From Gammaproteobacteria bacterium (GTDB lineage: Bacteria; Pseudomonadota; Gammaproteobacteria; Eutrophobiales; Eutrophobiaceae): a stretch of 64,000 bases of DNA. Shown here one piece after another: positions 22,412-33,286 of this stretch (its first letter is position 1; each line of letters begins with the position of its first letter). The notes beneath the pieces were generated by a model, which saw only the letters and a program-made list of their open reading frames with translations, had not been told where the DNA came from and did not search any database. Location of the stretch: NCBI GenBank assembly GCA_965116495.1, contig OZ220696.1, positions 3,392,001 through 3,456,000 of the forward strand, read 5' to 3'. The position numbers and the translations under genes are program-made.

Positions 22412-22438
22412 GCCATTCCGGCGAATGCCGGAATCCAG
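22412..22438 (+). repeat. REP-like palindrome
   Basis: gccattccggcgaatgccggaatccag. Confidence 0.75.
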
Positions 22439-22514
22439 TAAACTACTTCCCTTGTCAGGATAAGGATAAACGGGATACTGAACTCGTTGGTCATTCCAGG
22501 TTAGAATGTCCCCT

Positions 22515-22601
22515 GGAGAGGTGCCAGAGCGGTTGAATGGGGCAGACTCGAAATCTGTTGTACGCCTCGGCGTACCGTGGGTTCGAATCCCACCCTCTCC
22601 G
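22515..22601 (+). tRNA. tRNA-Ser(CGA)
   Basis: Acceptor stem ggagagg/cctctcc, anticodon arm gcaga-ctCGAaa-tctgt, long variable arm, GTTCGAATCC T-loop; CCA not encoded. Confidence 0.95.
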
Positions 22602-22679
22602 TCATAGGCGTTCAATATTTCCGGGCAAAAACGTGAACATCCGCCAAATTGGGTCGGTATTATAGAGGGAGGTCACTCA

Positions 22680-22995
22680 ATGCCCACCAGGAATAGCCAG
22701 GCAAATACCAAGCCGGTCTGGTTAAACATGAGCCAGGCTGAATTGGATAAAGCCTATAAGCCCGCAACGCCAGTTACATCACCTCCATGCCCCGCTGCTG
22801 ATCAGTCACGGCGCCGATGAATCGCCGGAATTCATTCGACAGTCCCATGATTTTGCCAAAGCAATTGATGGTCTGGGAAAACCGCTGCACTATACGATAG
22901 GCATTGACCTGAACCACTTTGAAATACTTGAGACGCTGGCCGAAAAAACGGGCATGCCGGGTAGTGCTCTTTTGTCATTTATGCAGTTACGATAG
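22680..22995 (+). pseudogene. Internally deleted alpha/beta hydrolase (arylformamidase-like)
   Basis: N-terminal VWLNMSQAELDKAY joined out of frame to C-terminal LLISHGADESPEFIRQSHDFA..NHFEILETL; catalytic core absent. Confidence 0.6.
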
Positions 22996-23044
22996 ATAGT
23001 TATGGTCGGGACGTCGCCATCGCCTGTAGCTGCATCATTGTTAG

Positions 23045-24364
23045 TCACGTCGGTGGTGTCATGTCGTAGGTTTCTTTTTTAATCACTGCCAGGTATAAAG
23101 CCAGCAGCAACGCCGCGGGAAAGACCAGCGCCGACGCGCTGAGCGGGACGTTGAAGTTTTCCACGAGCCTTGCCGGTATGGGCATCAACAGCGCACCGAT
23201 GACAAACGACACGCAGGTCAGCAGGCCGAATGCGGTGCCGGCCATGGCTTTCTCGCAGAACCGCGTCGTCATCGTATAGCCCATCGGGCTGACACCGGCA
23301 AAGAAACCGATGGATAGAAACAGGATATACGCCATGCCGGCAGAGAGTTCGCTCATCAGGGTAAACAGCAGCAAAGCGACGACATCGCATAGCAAAAAGA
23401 TAACGCAGGTAATTTTGAAACTGCGAATATAATCCGAAATTATGTGGACCAGTAGTGCGCCGGTTCCAAAACCCATCCAGATGGTGGCATTGATGTTGCT
23501 TGCACTTGTCGGGTCAAAACCCTTGAAGATGAGCAGTTTGATCCCCCAGATGATCCCGACCCCCAGCATCATACCGAAGGTCAGCCCGCTTATCAGCGTG
23601 ACCTGCCAGAACAGGGGCTGGACGGACAGAACCTTCAGGTCCCTGAACAGGCCGCCCCAGAAAGACGGATGCGTACCCTGTTTTACGGTTTCACCCCGAC
23701 CATTGTCGGGTTCACGGACCAGCATGACGAAAGCAATCAGCAGCAGCAGTCCAATGAACGCCTCCAGCAGCATGATGTCCTGCCAGGTCAGCACCAGTAT
23801 CAGGTAGCCCACCGCGGCCTGGCCCAGGGTGTTCGCGGCGGCAGCCACGGTCTGTGCGATGCCGAAAACCAGGCCGAAATGTTTGATGTCGAACCAGTAT
23901 CTCGTCAGGTAGGCGAGGCCCGGGTAGCCGAAGGCGCCGCCGATACCCATTAATGCCTGGCCGATAACGATGACTGTTGCATTGTCGGTAAGACCGAAGA
24001 TCAGAGCCCCTGCCGCAACCATGGCGACACCGGCGCTTAGAATCATACGGGCACCGTAGCGGTCGAGCAGTCCGCCGGCCGGGATCGTCATGGCCGCGTA
24101 GGTGATCGCGTACACCGCCCCCAGTTCCCCGACTTGTGATAAGGTTAAAGACAGCGATTCGGCGATACTGGCATTGAGTACCGCGTAGCTGCTCTGGGTC
24201 TGAAACTTGTAGACTACATAAGTGACGGCCAGGCCCCAGATAACCCAAGCCAGCGGGTGCCTGAGGCCTTGTTGTCCGGTGCTTTGTCGGGTGGATACGT
24301 TCACATTTAATCCAAAGGTTCGATTTGGGCCGGCGTCATTTGCAGTACCGGAGTTTATGCCCAA
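23045..24364 (-). CDS. MFS transporter
   Basis: About 12 hydrophobic segments; GGLLDRYGAR motif A. Confidence 0.9.
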   Translation of the reverse strand: MGINSGTANDAGPNRTFGLNVNVSTRQSTGQQGLRHPLAWVIWGLAVTYVVYKFQTQSSYAVLNASIAESLSLTLSQVGELGAVYAITYAAMTIPAGGLLDRYGARMILSAGVAMVAAGALIFGLTDNATVIVIGQALMGIGGAFGYPGLAYLTRYWFDIKHFGLVFGIAQTVAAAANTLGQAAVGYLILVLTWQDIMLLEAFIGLLLLIAFVMLVREPDNGRGETVKQGTHPSFWGGLFRDLKVLSVQPLFWQVTLISGLTFGMMLGVGIIWGIKLLIFKGFDPTSASNINATIWMGFGTGALLVHIISDYIRSFKITCVIFLLCDVVALLLFTLMSELSAGMAYILFLSIGFFAGVSPMGYTMTTRFCEKAMAGTAFGLLTCVSFVIGALLMPIPARLVENFNVPLSASALVFPAALLLALYLAVIKKETYDMTPPT

Positions 24365-24534
24365 AATTCAAGTTAACGTAATTTACAACCGGATGTCTAT
24401 CTATTAATCAGGCAGTCTTCAATTCAAACATGTTTTTGAGTGCCGGCAACATTTTTATTGTATTGTTATTCACTTAATCTTGAGTTGGAGGAATTGTACA
24501 TTTATTTATCTCAATCTAATCCAGAAAGCAAATC

Positions 24535-26199
24535 ATGCTGAAAGATAAAGTTGTCTTTATCACCGGCGGCGTAAGGGGCATCGGCTACGGCATTGCCCTT
24601 GCCGTACTTGAAGCCGGCGCGCGGGTAGCCGGAATGCTTCAGGTACCTGTTTTCGTCGTATTGATTTCACTTTCTCAGGAGATCTTTGGAGCCGAAACTC
24701 CAACGGTTCCAAATGACCTAAACAGCACGAAGACGGTAACTCTGCTGTTCACGAACGACCTGGAAAGCACTTATGATCCGGTCCTGGCGTACTGGCGTGA
24801 CGACATGGAGCATATCGGCGGCATTGCTCAGTTGGCGACATTGATCGATAACTTTCGCGCCGCGGAAGAAAATGTCTTCCTGTTCGATGCCGGCGACATA
24901 TTCACCGGGGTCCTCGCCAAGCTCACACGCGGTGAAGTATCGTTCGAACTCATGAATACCATGGCTTATGACGCGATGGCGATAGGAAACCACGAGTTCG
25001 AATACGGCTGGCAGGTGCTGGCCAGGCAAAAACACCGGGTGGCGTTCCCCGTACTGGGAGCGAATTTGTTCTACAAGGATACTGACATACATTTCGCACA
25101 ACCGTATTCCATCATCGAGCGTGACGGGGTTCGTGTCGGCATTATCGGTATCATGGGTCAGGATGCCGCCACGGCCCTCAATCCCCCGAATATCGCCGGG
25201 CTGGAAGTGCGAGATCCGAAGTCAATCGTTCCCGACTACGTAAAACTGTTGCGGCCGGACGTGGACCTTGTCGTGCTGTTGACCCACCAGGGTAAGACGG
25301 CGCCCATGCAAACGGACGATGAGGCGCATCCTGAAATCAAGCGGGATATCGAGGCGGATATCGAGCTGGCCGGTGTCACAGACGGTATCGATGTGCTGCT
25401 GGCGGGTCACGCGGACGCCGGTACGGAGCAACCTGTCATCCACCCTGAGACCGGAACGCTGATCATGCAGACCTACGGCCAGGGCTTCCACCTGGGATTC
25501 CTTCAACTCCGGGTCGATCCGGTAAAACAGGAAGTGCTCTCATACGAGGGGCGCCTGGTGCCGGTCGACAGTGACAGGCTTGAACCTCACGCGCGCGTCG
25601 CCGGAAAGCTGGCCGCTTATCGTAGCCGGCACAGTGAGATCTACGAGGTCGCCGGCCATGCCTCGGATAGATTGAGCCGCCGCTATAATGAAGAATCGGA
25701 TTTGGGCAACCTGTTTGCCGATATCCGGCGCGCAGAGACGGGAGCCCAGGTCGGTGTTGCACTTTCCGGCGCAATTCGTCGCGATATACCCGCCGGCCCG
25801 GTCACGGTCGCAATGCTGCTGGACGCTTATCCATTCATCGACGATATCGTCACGGTGCGATTATCCGGCGCCAGGATTATTAATGCGCTTGAGCACAGCC
25901 TGTCTCTTGAGCGGGGGATTATGCAGGTCTCCGGTATGGCAGTGCGCTATGACCCCGGACAACCCGTCGGATCACGGGTCCTGGAGGTGCAGGTCGGGGG
26001 GGAGGCACTGCAAGAAGACGCCTTGTACACAGTCGCAACGGGCAGTTTTTTGCTTAATGGGGGGGACAATTACACTGATTTCCCGGACAGTGAAGTTGTC
26101 GCCGTCGGGCGCGATTTCGGTCAGGCCCTGGTAGCTCATTTCAAATCTCGGGATGTAGTCGGTATTCCTATGAGAGGTCGCCTGTTGTCCAGGCAGTAG
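24535..26199 (+). CDS. 5'-nucleotidase / metallophosphoesterase with an SDR-derived N-terminal fragment
   Basis: FTNDLE, DAGD, GNHEFEYG, AGHAD, GGDNY; first ~30 aa are SDR-like (VVFITGGVRGIG). Confidence 0.85.
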   Translation: MLKDKVVFITGGVRGIGYGIALAVLEAGARVAGMLQVPVFVVLISLSQEIFGAETPTVPNDLNSTKTVTLLFTNDLESTYDPVLAYWRDDMEHIGGIAQLATLIDNFRAAEENVFLFDAGDIFTGVLAKLTRGEVSFELMNTMAYDAMAIGNHEFEYGWQVLARQKHRVAFPVLGANLFYKDTDIHFAQPYSIIERDGVRVGIIGIMGQDAATALNPPNIAGLEVRDPKSIVPDYVKLLRPDVDLVVLLTHQGKTAPMQTDDEAHPEIKRDIEADIELAGVTDGIDVLLAGHADAGTEQPVIHPETGTLIMQTYGQGFHLGFLQLRVDPVKQEVLSYEGRLVPVDSDRLEPHARVAGKLAAYRSRHSEIYEVAGHASDRLSRRYNEESDLGNLFADIRRAETGAQVGVALSGAIRRDIPAGPVTVAMLLDAYPFIDDIVTVRLSGARIINALEHSLSLERGIMQVSGMAVRYDPGQPVGSRVLEVQVGGEALQEDALYTVATGSFLLNGGDNYTDFPDSEVVAVGRDFGQALVAHFKSRDVVGIPMRGRLLSRQ

Positions 26200-26238
26200 C
26201 AGCATGCGCGAATTACGAGCCACCTATGGAACTTCCGC

Positions 26239-27750
26239 ATGATGCGACTTTCACTTGTCATTTTGCCCACGCTGTATGTGCTGTTTCTGAACTCCTGTAC
26301 CTCTTCGCGTGAAGGGGAGCAGGTGGATAATAATGCATCGTCAAAACCGAATTTTATCGTCGTGCTGACCGACGACCAGGGTTATAACGATGTAGGCGTG
26401 TACGGCTCGTCGGATCTCAGGACGCCGGTCCTGGACCGCATGGCTGCGCAGGGGATCAGGTTCACCAGCTTTTATGCACAACCGGTCTGCGGCCCGTCCA
26501 GGGCTGCCCTGCTCACCGGCTCCTACCCGATCAGGGTGGCGGAACCCGGTAACAGGAAAAACCCGAACACTATCCTGCATACGCGCGAGGTAACGATCGC
26601 CGAGACCCTGAAAACCGCCGGCTACACGACTGCGGTAATCGGCAAGTGGCACATGGCCGGGGATGGCGACGAACCCTGGGACTTCGCCCCGCCGCCGCAA
26701 CCGCCTGGCCGGCCGGGCGGCAAGGGGCCGTTCAAGGCCGAACTCATGCCCAATGCCCAGGGCTTTGACTACTTCTACGGTACGCCCATGTTCCACGGCT
26801 ACACCCGGGACGTTGACCTGGCGCGCTTTATCCCCGAGATGATGCGCAACGGCGAGGTTGTGGAAAGTCCGGCAGACGTTGATCTCATGACCCGGAAATA
26901 CACGGAGGAAACCGTTGGATTTATCCGCGACAATCAAGACAAGCCTTTTTTTATCTATCTTGCCCACCACATGCCTCATTTGCCGTTGGGCGCATCATCC
27001 GCTTTTAAAGGCAAGTCCGGGCGGGGACCCTACGGAGATGCCGTCGAGGAACTGGACTGGAGCATGGGCGAAATATTCAGGGAACTGGAGCGCCTGCAAC
27101 TGGATGAGAAGACCCTGGTTGTCTATCTTTCCGACAACGGCCCCGAGGTCGGACACAGTGAAAAATACAAGGGTAGCGCGGCGCCCCTCAGGGGCGAAAA
27201 ATACTCTAACTGGGAAGGGGGTGTACGGGTTCCCGCCATCATGCGCTGGCCCGGCAAAATCCCTGATGCGAAGGTCAGTGACGAACTGGTGACGATAATG
27301 GATCTATATCCTACCCTGGTTGCGCTGGCGGGGTCGCGATTACCTGCGGGAACGGTATTCGACGGCGCGGATATCAGCCCGCTACTGTTTGACCGCCGGG
27401 GGGTGGTAAACCCTTACGCAAATTACTTCTATTATTCCCTGACGCAGTTGCAGGCTGTGCGGGCCGGGCGTTGGAAACTCGTCCTCCCCCGTCAGGCCGA
27501 TGGGCCTTATACCTCGTGGCTTGGCCGTTATACGGATGCAGTTGAAAAGCCCCTGTTATTCGACTTGCAGGAAGATCCGGGCGAGCAGGTTGACCTGGCC
27601 GGTGAGCACCCGGATATCGTTATGAGACTGATGCGGCAAGCGGACGCGGCCAGGGCGGAACTGGGTGATTACAACCGGATCGGAAGCGGGGCGCGGTTTT
27701 TCGATGAAGGCGAGAGAAGGCCTGCTACGTTTTTTCCGGATGCCGGGTAA
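26239..27750 (+). CDS. Sulfatase (Cys-type), probably exported
   Basis: DDQGYND, CGPSRAALLTG, GKWH, SDNG. Confidence 0.93.
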   Translation: MMRLSLVILPTLYVLFLNSCTSSREGEQVDNNASSKPNFIVVLTDDQGYNDVGVYGSSDLRTPVLDRMAAQGIRFTSFYAQPVCGPSRAALLTGSYPIRVAEPGNRKNPNTILHTREVTIAETLKTAGYTTAVIGKWHMAGDGDEPWDFAPPPQPPGRPGGKGPFKAELMPNAQGFDYFYGTPMFHGYTRDVDLARFIPEMMRNGEVVESPADVDLMTRKYTEETVGFIRDNQDKPFFIYLAHHMPHLPLGASSAFKGKSGRGPYGDAVEELDWSMGEIFRELERLQLDEKTLVVYLSDNGPEVGHSEKYKGSAAPLRGEKYSNWEGGVRVPAIMRWPGKIPDAKVSDELVTIMDLYPTLVALAGSRLPAGTVFDGADISPLLFDRRGVVNPYANYFYYSLTQLQAVRAGRWKLVLPRQADGPYTSWLGRYTDAVEKPLLFDLQEDPGEQVDLAGEHPDIVMRLMRQADAARAELGDYNRIGSGARFFDEGERRPATFFPDAG

Positions 27751-27849
27751 CGACTCACCCGGGACTTATGCAGAAATTCATCAGCCAAATTCCGGGGATA
27801 TAGTATGATTTACCCCGAAAACAATTATCCAGGTAGCTGAAATCCTATT

Positions 27850-28581
27850 ATGGGTGCACATGTTTTTAACGCAAAGCCGGGCGACATCGCCGATACGGTA
27901 CTCATGCCCGGTGATCCGCTGCGGGCGAAATATATTGCAGAGAAATATCTTACTGACGTCCGGCAGGTGACCGACGTCAGGAATATGCTGGGTTTCACCG
28001 GTATCTACAAGGGCATGAGGATTTCTGTAGTGGCCCACGGCATCGGAATTCCTTCTGCCTCGGTTTACTGTACCGATCTGATCACGGAATACGGGGTCAA
28101 GCGCATCGTCCGCGTCGGCAGTTGCGGGACGATAATGGCCTCAGTCAGGCTGCGGGATGTTGTCATCGCCATGGGCGCTTCCACCGACTCCAACGTAAAC
28201 CGGACCCGGTTTAACGGGTTCGACTTTGCCGCGCTGGCCGATTACGAATTGCTGGAGAATATGGTGCGCGCGGCAAGGGAGCGGGATATTCGCTTCCATG
28301 TCGCAAATGTCTTCTCATCGGACCTGTTTTATCCGCCTCCCGGCGGTGAGATGTGGGACACCATGGAACGGTTGAATATCCCCGTCGTGGAAATGGAGGT
28401 GGCAGGCATATACGGGGTCGCCGCCGAATACGGGGCCAAAGCGGTTGCGCTGTGCACGGTGACCGATGATGCCCGCGCCGTGACCGGAATTTCCGTCGAA
28501 GAACGTCAGGCCAGCCTGGATCAAATGATAGATATAGCGTTGGAAGGGGTTTCTTTTACCGTTCCGGTCAAAGATCGCTGA
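27850..28581 (+). CDS. deoD: Purine nucleoside phosphorylase
   Basis: LMPGDPLRAKYIA, VRNMLGFTG, RVGSCG, VEME. Confidence 0.93.
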   Translation: MGAHVFNAKPGDIADTVLMPGDPLRAKYIAEKYLTDVRQVTDVRNMLGFTGIYKGMRISVVAHGIGIPSASVYCTDLITEYGVKRIVRVGSCGTIMASVRLRDVVIAMGASTDSNVNRTRFNGFDFAALADYELLENMVRAARERDIRFHVANVFSSDLFYPPPGGEMWDTMERLNIPVVEMEVAGIYGVAAEYGAKAVALCTVTDDARAVTGISVEERQASLDQMIDIALEGVSFTVPVKDR

Positions 28582-29890
28582 GACGCTTGATCAGCAGGTC
28601 GACAGCATAGCCTGAAGACCAGGCTTCACAGTGGCCGGTATCGGGCAAAACATGCCATTGCTTGTTTTCATCGGGTTTCAACCGGGTGAAGGCGTAGGTG
28701 AATTCTCCCAGTGAAAAATATTCGTCACCTCCGCCCCGGGGGTCTTCCATCTTCCTGTTGATGTTCGCGACCAGGTCAATCCTGTGGTTCGGCTCCCAGT
28801 CGGCTTCCGGCCGGAAAGCCATGCTGCTGTCATCGAAGGGCGGGTAGAGCTCCAGTCCTTCTTCCTGTGAATAATCACAGGCATCCGTTTTGTGGACGTG
28901 GTTGGCAAATATTTCATACGTGACGCCGAAGTGGGCATAAGACCCGGGCATGCGGCACTTGCTTGTGGATGCCAGCGCTGCACACTCGTTGTCGGTCGAA
29001 CAAACGCTTGTCCCGTCAACGTCACAATGTCCCTGCGTGTATTGGCGCCGGCTGCAATGGGTATTGATATCCCAGTTATTAGGACCGCCTACGAGCAGTT
29101 GATAATCGATGATCGGATCCAGTCCATGCCAGAGTCTGGGTAGAAAGGTCGCGTTGCTGCCCATGCTGCAACCGGCCGTTGCGAACGCCCCATCACCTGC
29201 CAGGTTTTCATGGACCCAGGCAATGATCCCGGCGACGCGCTTGTTCAACTCGTAGATGTTGGTGGCGCCATCACTGGTGCGTGAATACCAGCCCCAGTTT
29301 ATCGGGGACCGGAAAGGCGGGGCGAAATCCGGTGCGGTAAAGCCTTTTTCCCAGCGCACCATAACGCTGCGAACAGGCGCCTGTTGTTCCAGTTCCACCA
29401 CATACTCCGCATAACGGTAGTCCGTGCCACCGGCGCCCGAGTGCAACAGCACTGTCTTGTCGCCGTCTGGCGTGAGCGCCAGGTGGCCGGCCATATCATC
29501 AACCACGTAGGCGAGCGCCAGTTTGGACTCGTCCGGATTGCGTGCCTGCATCAACACCTGCATGCCGTCATCTTTATATGCAGGCACCAGGCATTCACGC
29601 CAGTCGGCGCAGACCTGTCTGCAGCTGTAGTTTACATGGTAATCGCCGTTATCATCAGGCGCTGATTTTGTCAGGTTGAATGCGGAGGAGGGTACTGCAG
29701 GGTCCGGTGTTTCACAGATTTCCACCTGTGTTGCAAACATTTCAGCAACACTTAGCGGCCCTGATGCCGCAGATCCTTTGTCCGGCAGGTTACCCGCAGG
29801 CACATCATCAGCCAGGCAGGTGTGCGAAATCAAGGTAGCTGTCAGGAAAACAGCGCAGTGGTTCTTATTCATGTTTGTGTCAAGCGTCAT
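28568..29890 (-). CDS. Secreted Cys-rich hypothetical protein, possible alpha/beta hydrolase
   Basis: Signal-like N-terminus, GCSMG nucleophile elbow, C-terminal TGHC. Confidence 0.6.
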   Translation of the reverse strand: MTLDTNMNKNHCAVFLTATLISHTCLADDVPAGNLPDKGSAASGPLSVAEMFATQVEICETPDPAVPSSAFNLTKSAPDDNGDYHVNYSCRQVCADWRECLVPAYKDDGMQVLMQARNPDESKLALAYVVDDMAGHLALTPDGDKTVLLHSGAGGTDYRYAEYVVELEQQAPVRSVMVRWEKGFTAPDFAPPFRSPINWGWYSRTSDGATNIYELNKRVAGIIAWVHENLAGDGAFATAGCSMGSNATFLPRLWHGLDPIIDYQLLVGGPNNWDINTHCSRRQYTQGHCDVDGTSVCSTDNECAALASTSKCRMPGSYAHFGVTYEIFANHVHKTDACDYSQEEGLELYPPFDDSSMAFRPEADWEPNHRIDLVANINRKMEDPRGGGDEYFSLGEFTYAFTRLKPDENKQWHVLPDTGHCEAWSSGYAVDLLIKRLSDL

Positions 29891-29935
29891 TCATATACAG
29901 GGAACCGCTGAGATTAAATCATAGTTTCCCTGAAC

Positions 29936-30252
29936 TAACTCGCATATCTCACCAATTCGCTTGTCATCAGCGGAAAGTTTGATGCTATCAATAAGTTATA
30001 CCGGTTTATCTCACCTGGCTGCCGTCACACACTGCGCTGGATGCGCCCTCGCTTGTCTTTTTGCCGCTAATGGGCACGTGTTCATTGCGCCCATCCCTGG
30101 GCGCAACCCTGCGGGTGGCTGTCGCCGTGCAAATCGGCTGTCCTGCCGATTTGTCCCTCAACCATAGCCACCGCTATGGTTTCGGTCGCCTGCACCCACC
30201 AGCGGCAAAATCCTGCGCGATCATCGCATCCATTGGTGAGATATGCGGGCTA
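29936..30252. mobile_element. MITE-like element, copy 1
   Basis: TA-ended 21-bp terminal inverted repeats with 2 mismatches; interior shared with 43020-43336 and 46890-47080. Confidence 0.8.
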
Positions 30253-30266
30253 ACCATGTGTCACTA

Positions 30267-30890
30267 CTACCTGTCCGGTTCTCGGGCAGACCCGTTATTT
30301 TCCAGGTAGTCGCGTAACTGTTCCTGCGCCCCGGTATGGCCCCGTTCGGCCGCGTGGCGGTACCAGAGTATAGCCTCTGCATGATCCCTGGGTACGCCTT
30401 CGCCCCGGGCATACATGTAACCCAGGTAGTACTGTGCGACCGCATGCCCCTGTTCGGCGGCTTTGTGGAACCAGCGCGCGGCCTGGGCCTTGTCTTCAAT
30501 CTCCTCCGTTTCACCGAAGTACATGGCGCCGAGCCGGTATTGTGCGGCGGCATGGCCCTGACCGGCAGCCTCGCGCAACCAGTGAAGCGCACTGCCGACA
30601 TCCCTGGTTACCCCTTCGCCCCGGGCAAATTTGTGTCCCAGGTAGTATTGCGCCGATGCATGTCCCTGCTGCGCGGCTGAAAGGTACCAGCGCGCAGCCT
30701 CGGCGTCGTCTTCGGGCACGCCCTGGCCATGGTCGTACCTGCTGCCGAGAAGAAACTGCGCCCCGGCGTCTCCCTGTTCCCCGGCCTTGATTAATTCCTC
30801 CAGTCCACCCGCGGCAAGCGCCGTGCAGGCACACAGTATCAAACCCGCCGGCAGGCAACTGAATATGGTGATGTGCTCAGAATTGGTCAT
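30267..30890 (-). CDS. Sel1-like repeat protein
   Basis: Repeated AAxQGHAxAQYxLG..GEGVxxD units. Confidence 0.92.
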   Translation of the reverse strand: MTNSEHITIFSCLPAGLILCACTALAAGGLEELIKAGEQGDAGAQFLLGSRYDHGQGVPEDDAEAARWYLSAAQQGHASAQYYLGHKFARGEGVTRDVGSALHWLREAAGQGHAAAQYRLGAMYFGETEEIEDKAQAARWFHKAAEQGHAVAQYYLGYMYARGEGVPRDHAEAILWYRHAAERGHTGAQEQLRDYLENNGSAREPDR

Positions 30891-31060
30891 TCACGTGGTT
30901 GCGCATCCCGGTATGTTCCATCTAATGAACCCAGCACACGCAATAAAGGCGGCATCAGGAAAATTAACGACTCGAACGTGCGGATATGGCAGTTAAGCGG
31001 GGAGTATAACAAAGACAGGGCTATTACGCCGCTCAATCCCCGGTAGCTCTCAACTGCCCC

Positions 31061-32779
31061 TCAGCCGCCGGCAGGGTGGCAGGGTGAGCCACTGCAGCGA
31101 CCGGTTGCCCTGGCCAGCGCTTGCGATACTTTTTCCCGGTTGAATTGCCGCCAGCGACCGGCGACATGCTGGTCAGGCCGAATCAGGTAGTAAGTCCCCG
31201 GCCGGGCATCGTAATGCCGGTGCAACAGGCCGTTGTTGTCTACAATCCAGTTTTTGCCTGTCCCTTTCCCTGTGCCGGTTACGACCAGGGTTTCGACCGG
31301 GATTTGCTCCGTGCCAGCGGCGTCGAGTTCCGCTGCCGTGCTCCCGTCTCCGCTGAAATAGATACCGGAGAAACGGTCGCCCAACTGGTTCAGGAACCAG
31401 GAGTCAGCGCCGTTGATGGTAATGGGGGCATCAAGGCAGGGGGCGCCTGGACGTTGCCTGTCGTTGAACTCATCTTCATCCGGCGTATTCAGGGGTGAGC
31501 CGTCCAGTACGCTGGGGGTGGACAGGCGCCCGGGGTTGACGAGCCTGCGGGCGAACTCGAAATCCTTGGCAAGTTCCAGGGTGGCGTTGCGGAAGGCGAG
31601 GCTGACTTCACTTTTCGGGGTCATGAAGTCAGTGCTGCGCGATGAATTCATAACGTTCTCCTGCGCGCCCAGTATCCGTTCATCGTCATAGCTGCCGATC
31701 AGGCCGGGCGGTGCGGCGCCGGTCAGGACCAGGTGGAGTTTCCAGACCAGGTTATCGACGTCCTGCAGCCCGCCGTTTGCCCCGCGCGCCCCGAAAGGCG
31801 ACACGAGATGGGCGGAATCGCCGGCGAATATCACCCGGTTATGGACGAATTTCTCCATGCGGCAGCACTTGAACGTGTACAGGCTCACCCATTCGTACTC
31901 GAATTCCAGGTCCGAACCGAGAAAGGCCTTTATTTTGGCGTCGATATTCTCTTCCTTCATCACCTCGTCACGGTCGATGTCCCAACCCATCTGGAAATCG
32001 ATACGCCAGACGTCGTCGGCCTGCTTGTGTATGAGCGAAGTCTGTCCGGGATTGAACGGCGGGTCGAACCAGAAGCGCCGGATCGCCGGGAAATCAGCTT
32101 TCATGCGCACGTCGGCAATCAGGAAGTTGTCCTCGAACACGCGGCCGACGAAATCCAGTCCCAGGGCCTCCCGTACCGGGCTGCGATGCCCGTCCGCGGC
32201 CACCAGGTAATCGCAGCTCAGCCGGTATTCCCCGGCGGGAGTGCTGACAGTTACTATGACCTTGTCGGCATCATTGACGACACCGACCACCTCGTTTTGC
32301 CAGCGTATTTCTGTTTGTGGATATTCCGGAAATAAATTGATCAGGTATTCTTCCGCGTAGAACTGCTGCAGGTTGATGAACGCGGGAAATTTCTGCAGTT
32401 TATCCGGGAGCAGGTCGAACTTGTAAATCGGTTCGGTTTCCTTGCCGAAATAAACCCAGCCCTGGTTCCATACCACGCCTTTTTCCATCATGCGTCCGCT
32501 GGTGCCGATGCGGTCGAGAATCTCCAACGTGCGTTTCGCCCAGCAGATGGCGCGCGATCCGTTACTGACTGTATTGTATTTTTCCAGGACCACGGACCGG
32601 ATACCGTAACGGGCCAGGTCTATGGCGCTGGCCAGGCCGATGGGACCGCCGCCCGCGATGATCACCGGGATATGGGTCATTGCGCCCGAATCGATCTCGG
32701 AAGGACGGACAAATTCATACACGCGCCGCGCCTGGCGGCTGGTCTGTCGCGCCTTGCCTATATCGCCGTATGTTGCCAT
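31061..32779 (-). CDS. FAD-dependent monooxygenase (MhpA/PheA-like)
   Basis: GGGPIG, AADG, GDSAHLVSPFGARGANGG, LIRPDQHV. Confidence 0.88.
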   Translation of the reverse strand: MATYGDIGKARQTSRQARRVYEFVRPSEIDSGAMTHIPVIIAGGGPIGLASAIDLARYGIRSVVLEKYNTVSNGSRAICWAKRTLEILDRIGTSGRMMEKGVVWNQGWVYFGKETEPIYKFDLLPDKLQKFPAFINLQQFYAEEYLINLFPEYPQTEIRWQNEVVGVVNDADKVIVTVSTPAGEYRLSCDYLVAADGHRSPVREALGLDFVGRVFEDNFLIADVRMKADFPAIRRFWFDPPFNPGQTSLIHKQADDVWRIDFQMGWDIDRDEVMKEENIDAKIKAFLGSDLEFEYEWVSLYTFKCCRMEKFVHNRVIFAGDSAHLVSPFGARGANGGLQDVDNLVWKLHLVLTGAAPPGLIGSYDDERILGAQENVMNSSRSTDFMTPKSEVSLAFRNATLELAKDFEFARRLVNPGRLSTPSVLDGSPLNTPDEDEFNDRQRPGAPCLDAPITINGADSWFLNQLGDRFSGIYFSGDGSTAAELDAAGTEQIPVETLVVTGTGKGTGKNWIVDNNGLLHRHYDARPGTYYLIRPDQHVAGRWRQFNREKVSQALARATGRCSGSPCHPAGG

Positions 32780-32804
32780 TAGAATATTCTATCCGCGAAG
32801 ATGT

Positions 32805-33023
32805 TCACTTGGGTCTCTTTTTGAATCCTTCGACAGTCAGTCCGCTGTCTTTGACTATTCCAGCCATTGTGCAGGCATTAATCGGACTATTTCCCGGGAT
32901 TGTCACGAAATGAACTCCATCTGACATAACTGTATGCTTTCTTCCTTCCCTGACAATATTGAACCCGGATTTCTGTAACGCACGTACGGCATTACGATGA
33001 TTTACACCGGGGATTTTGGGCAT
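32805..33023 (-). CDS. hicA: HicA-family toxin
   Basis: ALQKSGF..REGRKH..VTIP; follows hicB. Confidence 0.8.
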   Translation of the reverse strand: MPKIPGVNHRNAVRALQKSGFNIVREGRKHTVMSDGVHFVTIPGNSPINACTMAGIVKDSGLTVEGFKKRPK

Positions 33024-33025
33024 GA

Positions 33026-33223
33026 TTACAGAGCTACTTCAATCTCGCGACATGTCTCCTCTGTGTATTTTTCTGAAACAGCCGCCAGATAATCCTGAAT
33101 GGCTTCACCGATGTTAGTGACAGCTTTTTCTTCCGTTTTTCCTTGAGACCAGCATCCGGGAAGAGCCGGACAGGAAATGCTGTAGCCTTCACCTGATTCC
33201 TTAATTACAACCATATATTCCAT
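33026..33223 (-). CDS. hicB: Short HicB-family antitoxin
   Basis: CPALPGCWSQGKTEEKA. Confidence 0.85.
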   Translation of the reverse strand: MEYMVVIKESGEGYSISCPALPGCWSQGKTEEKAVTNIGEAIQDYLAAVSEKYTEETCREIEVAL

Positions 33224-33286
33224 ACTGATTTTCCTTTGTCGATGGATTGACGGATCAGTTCCTCGGTAATCCTACTTTATTCGGCA

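Noticed and set aside
22515-22601. tRNA-Ser as att site of an intact integrative element
   Set aside because: No integrase and no duplicated tRNA 3' end seen within the window.
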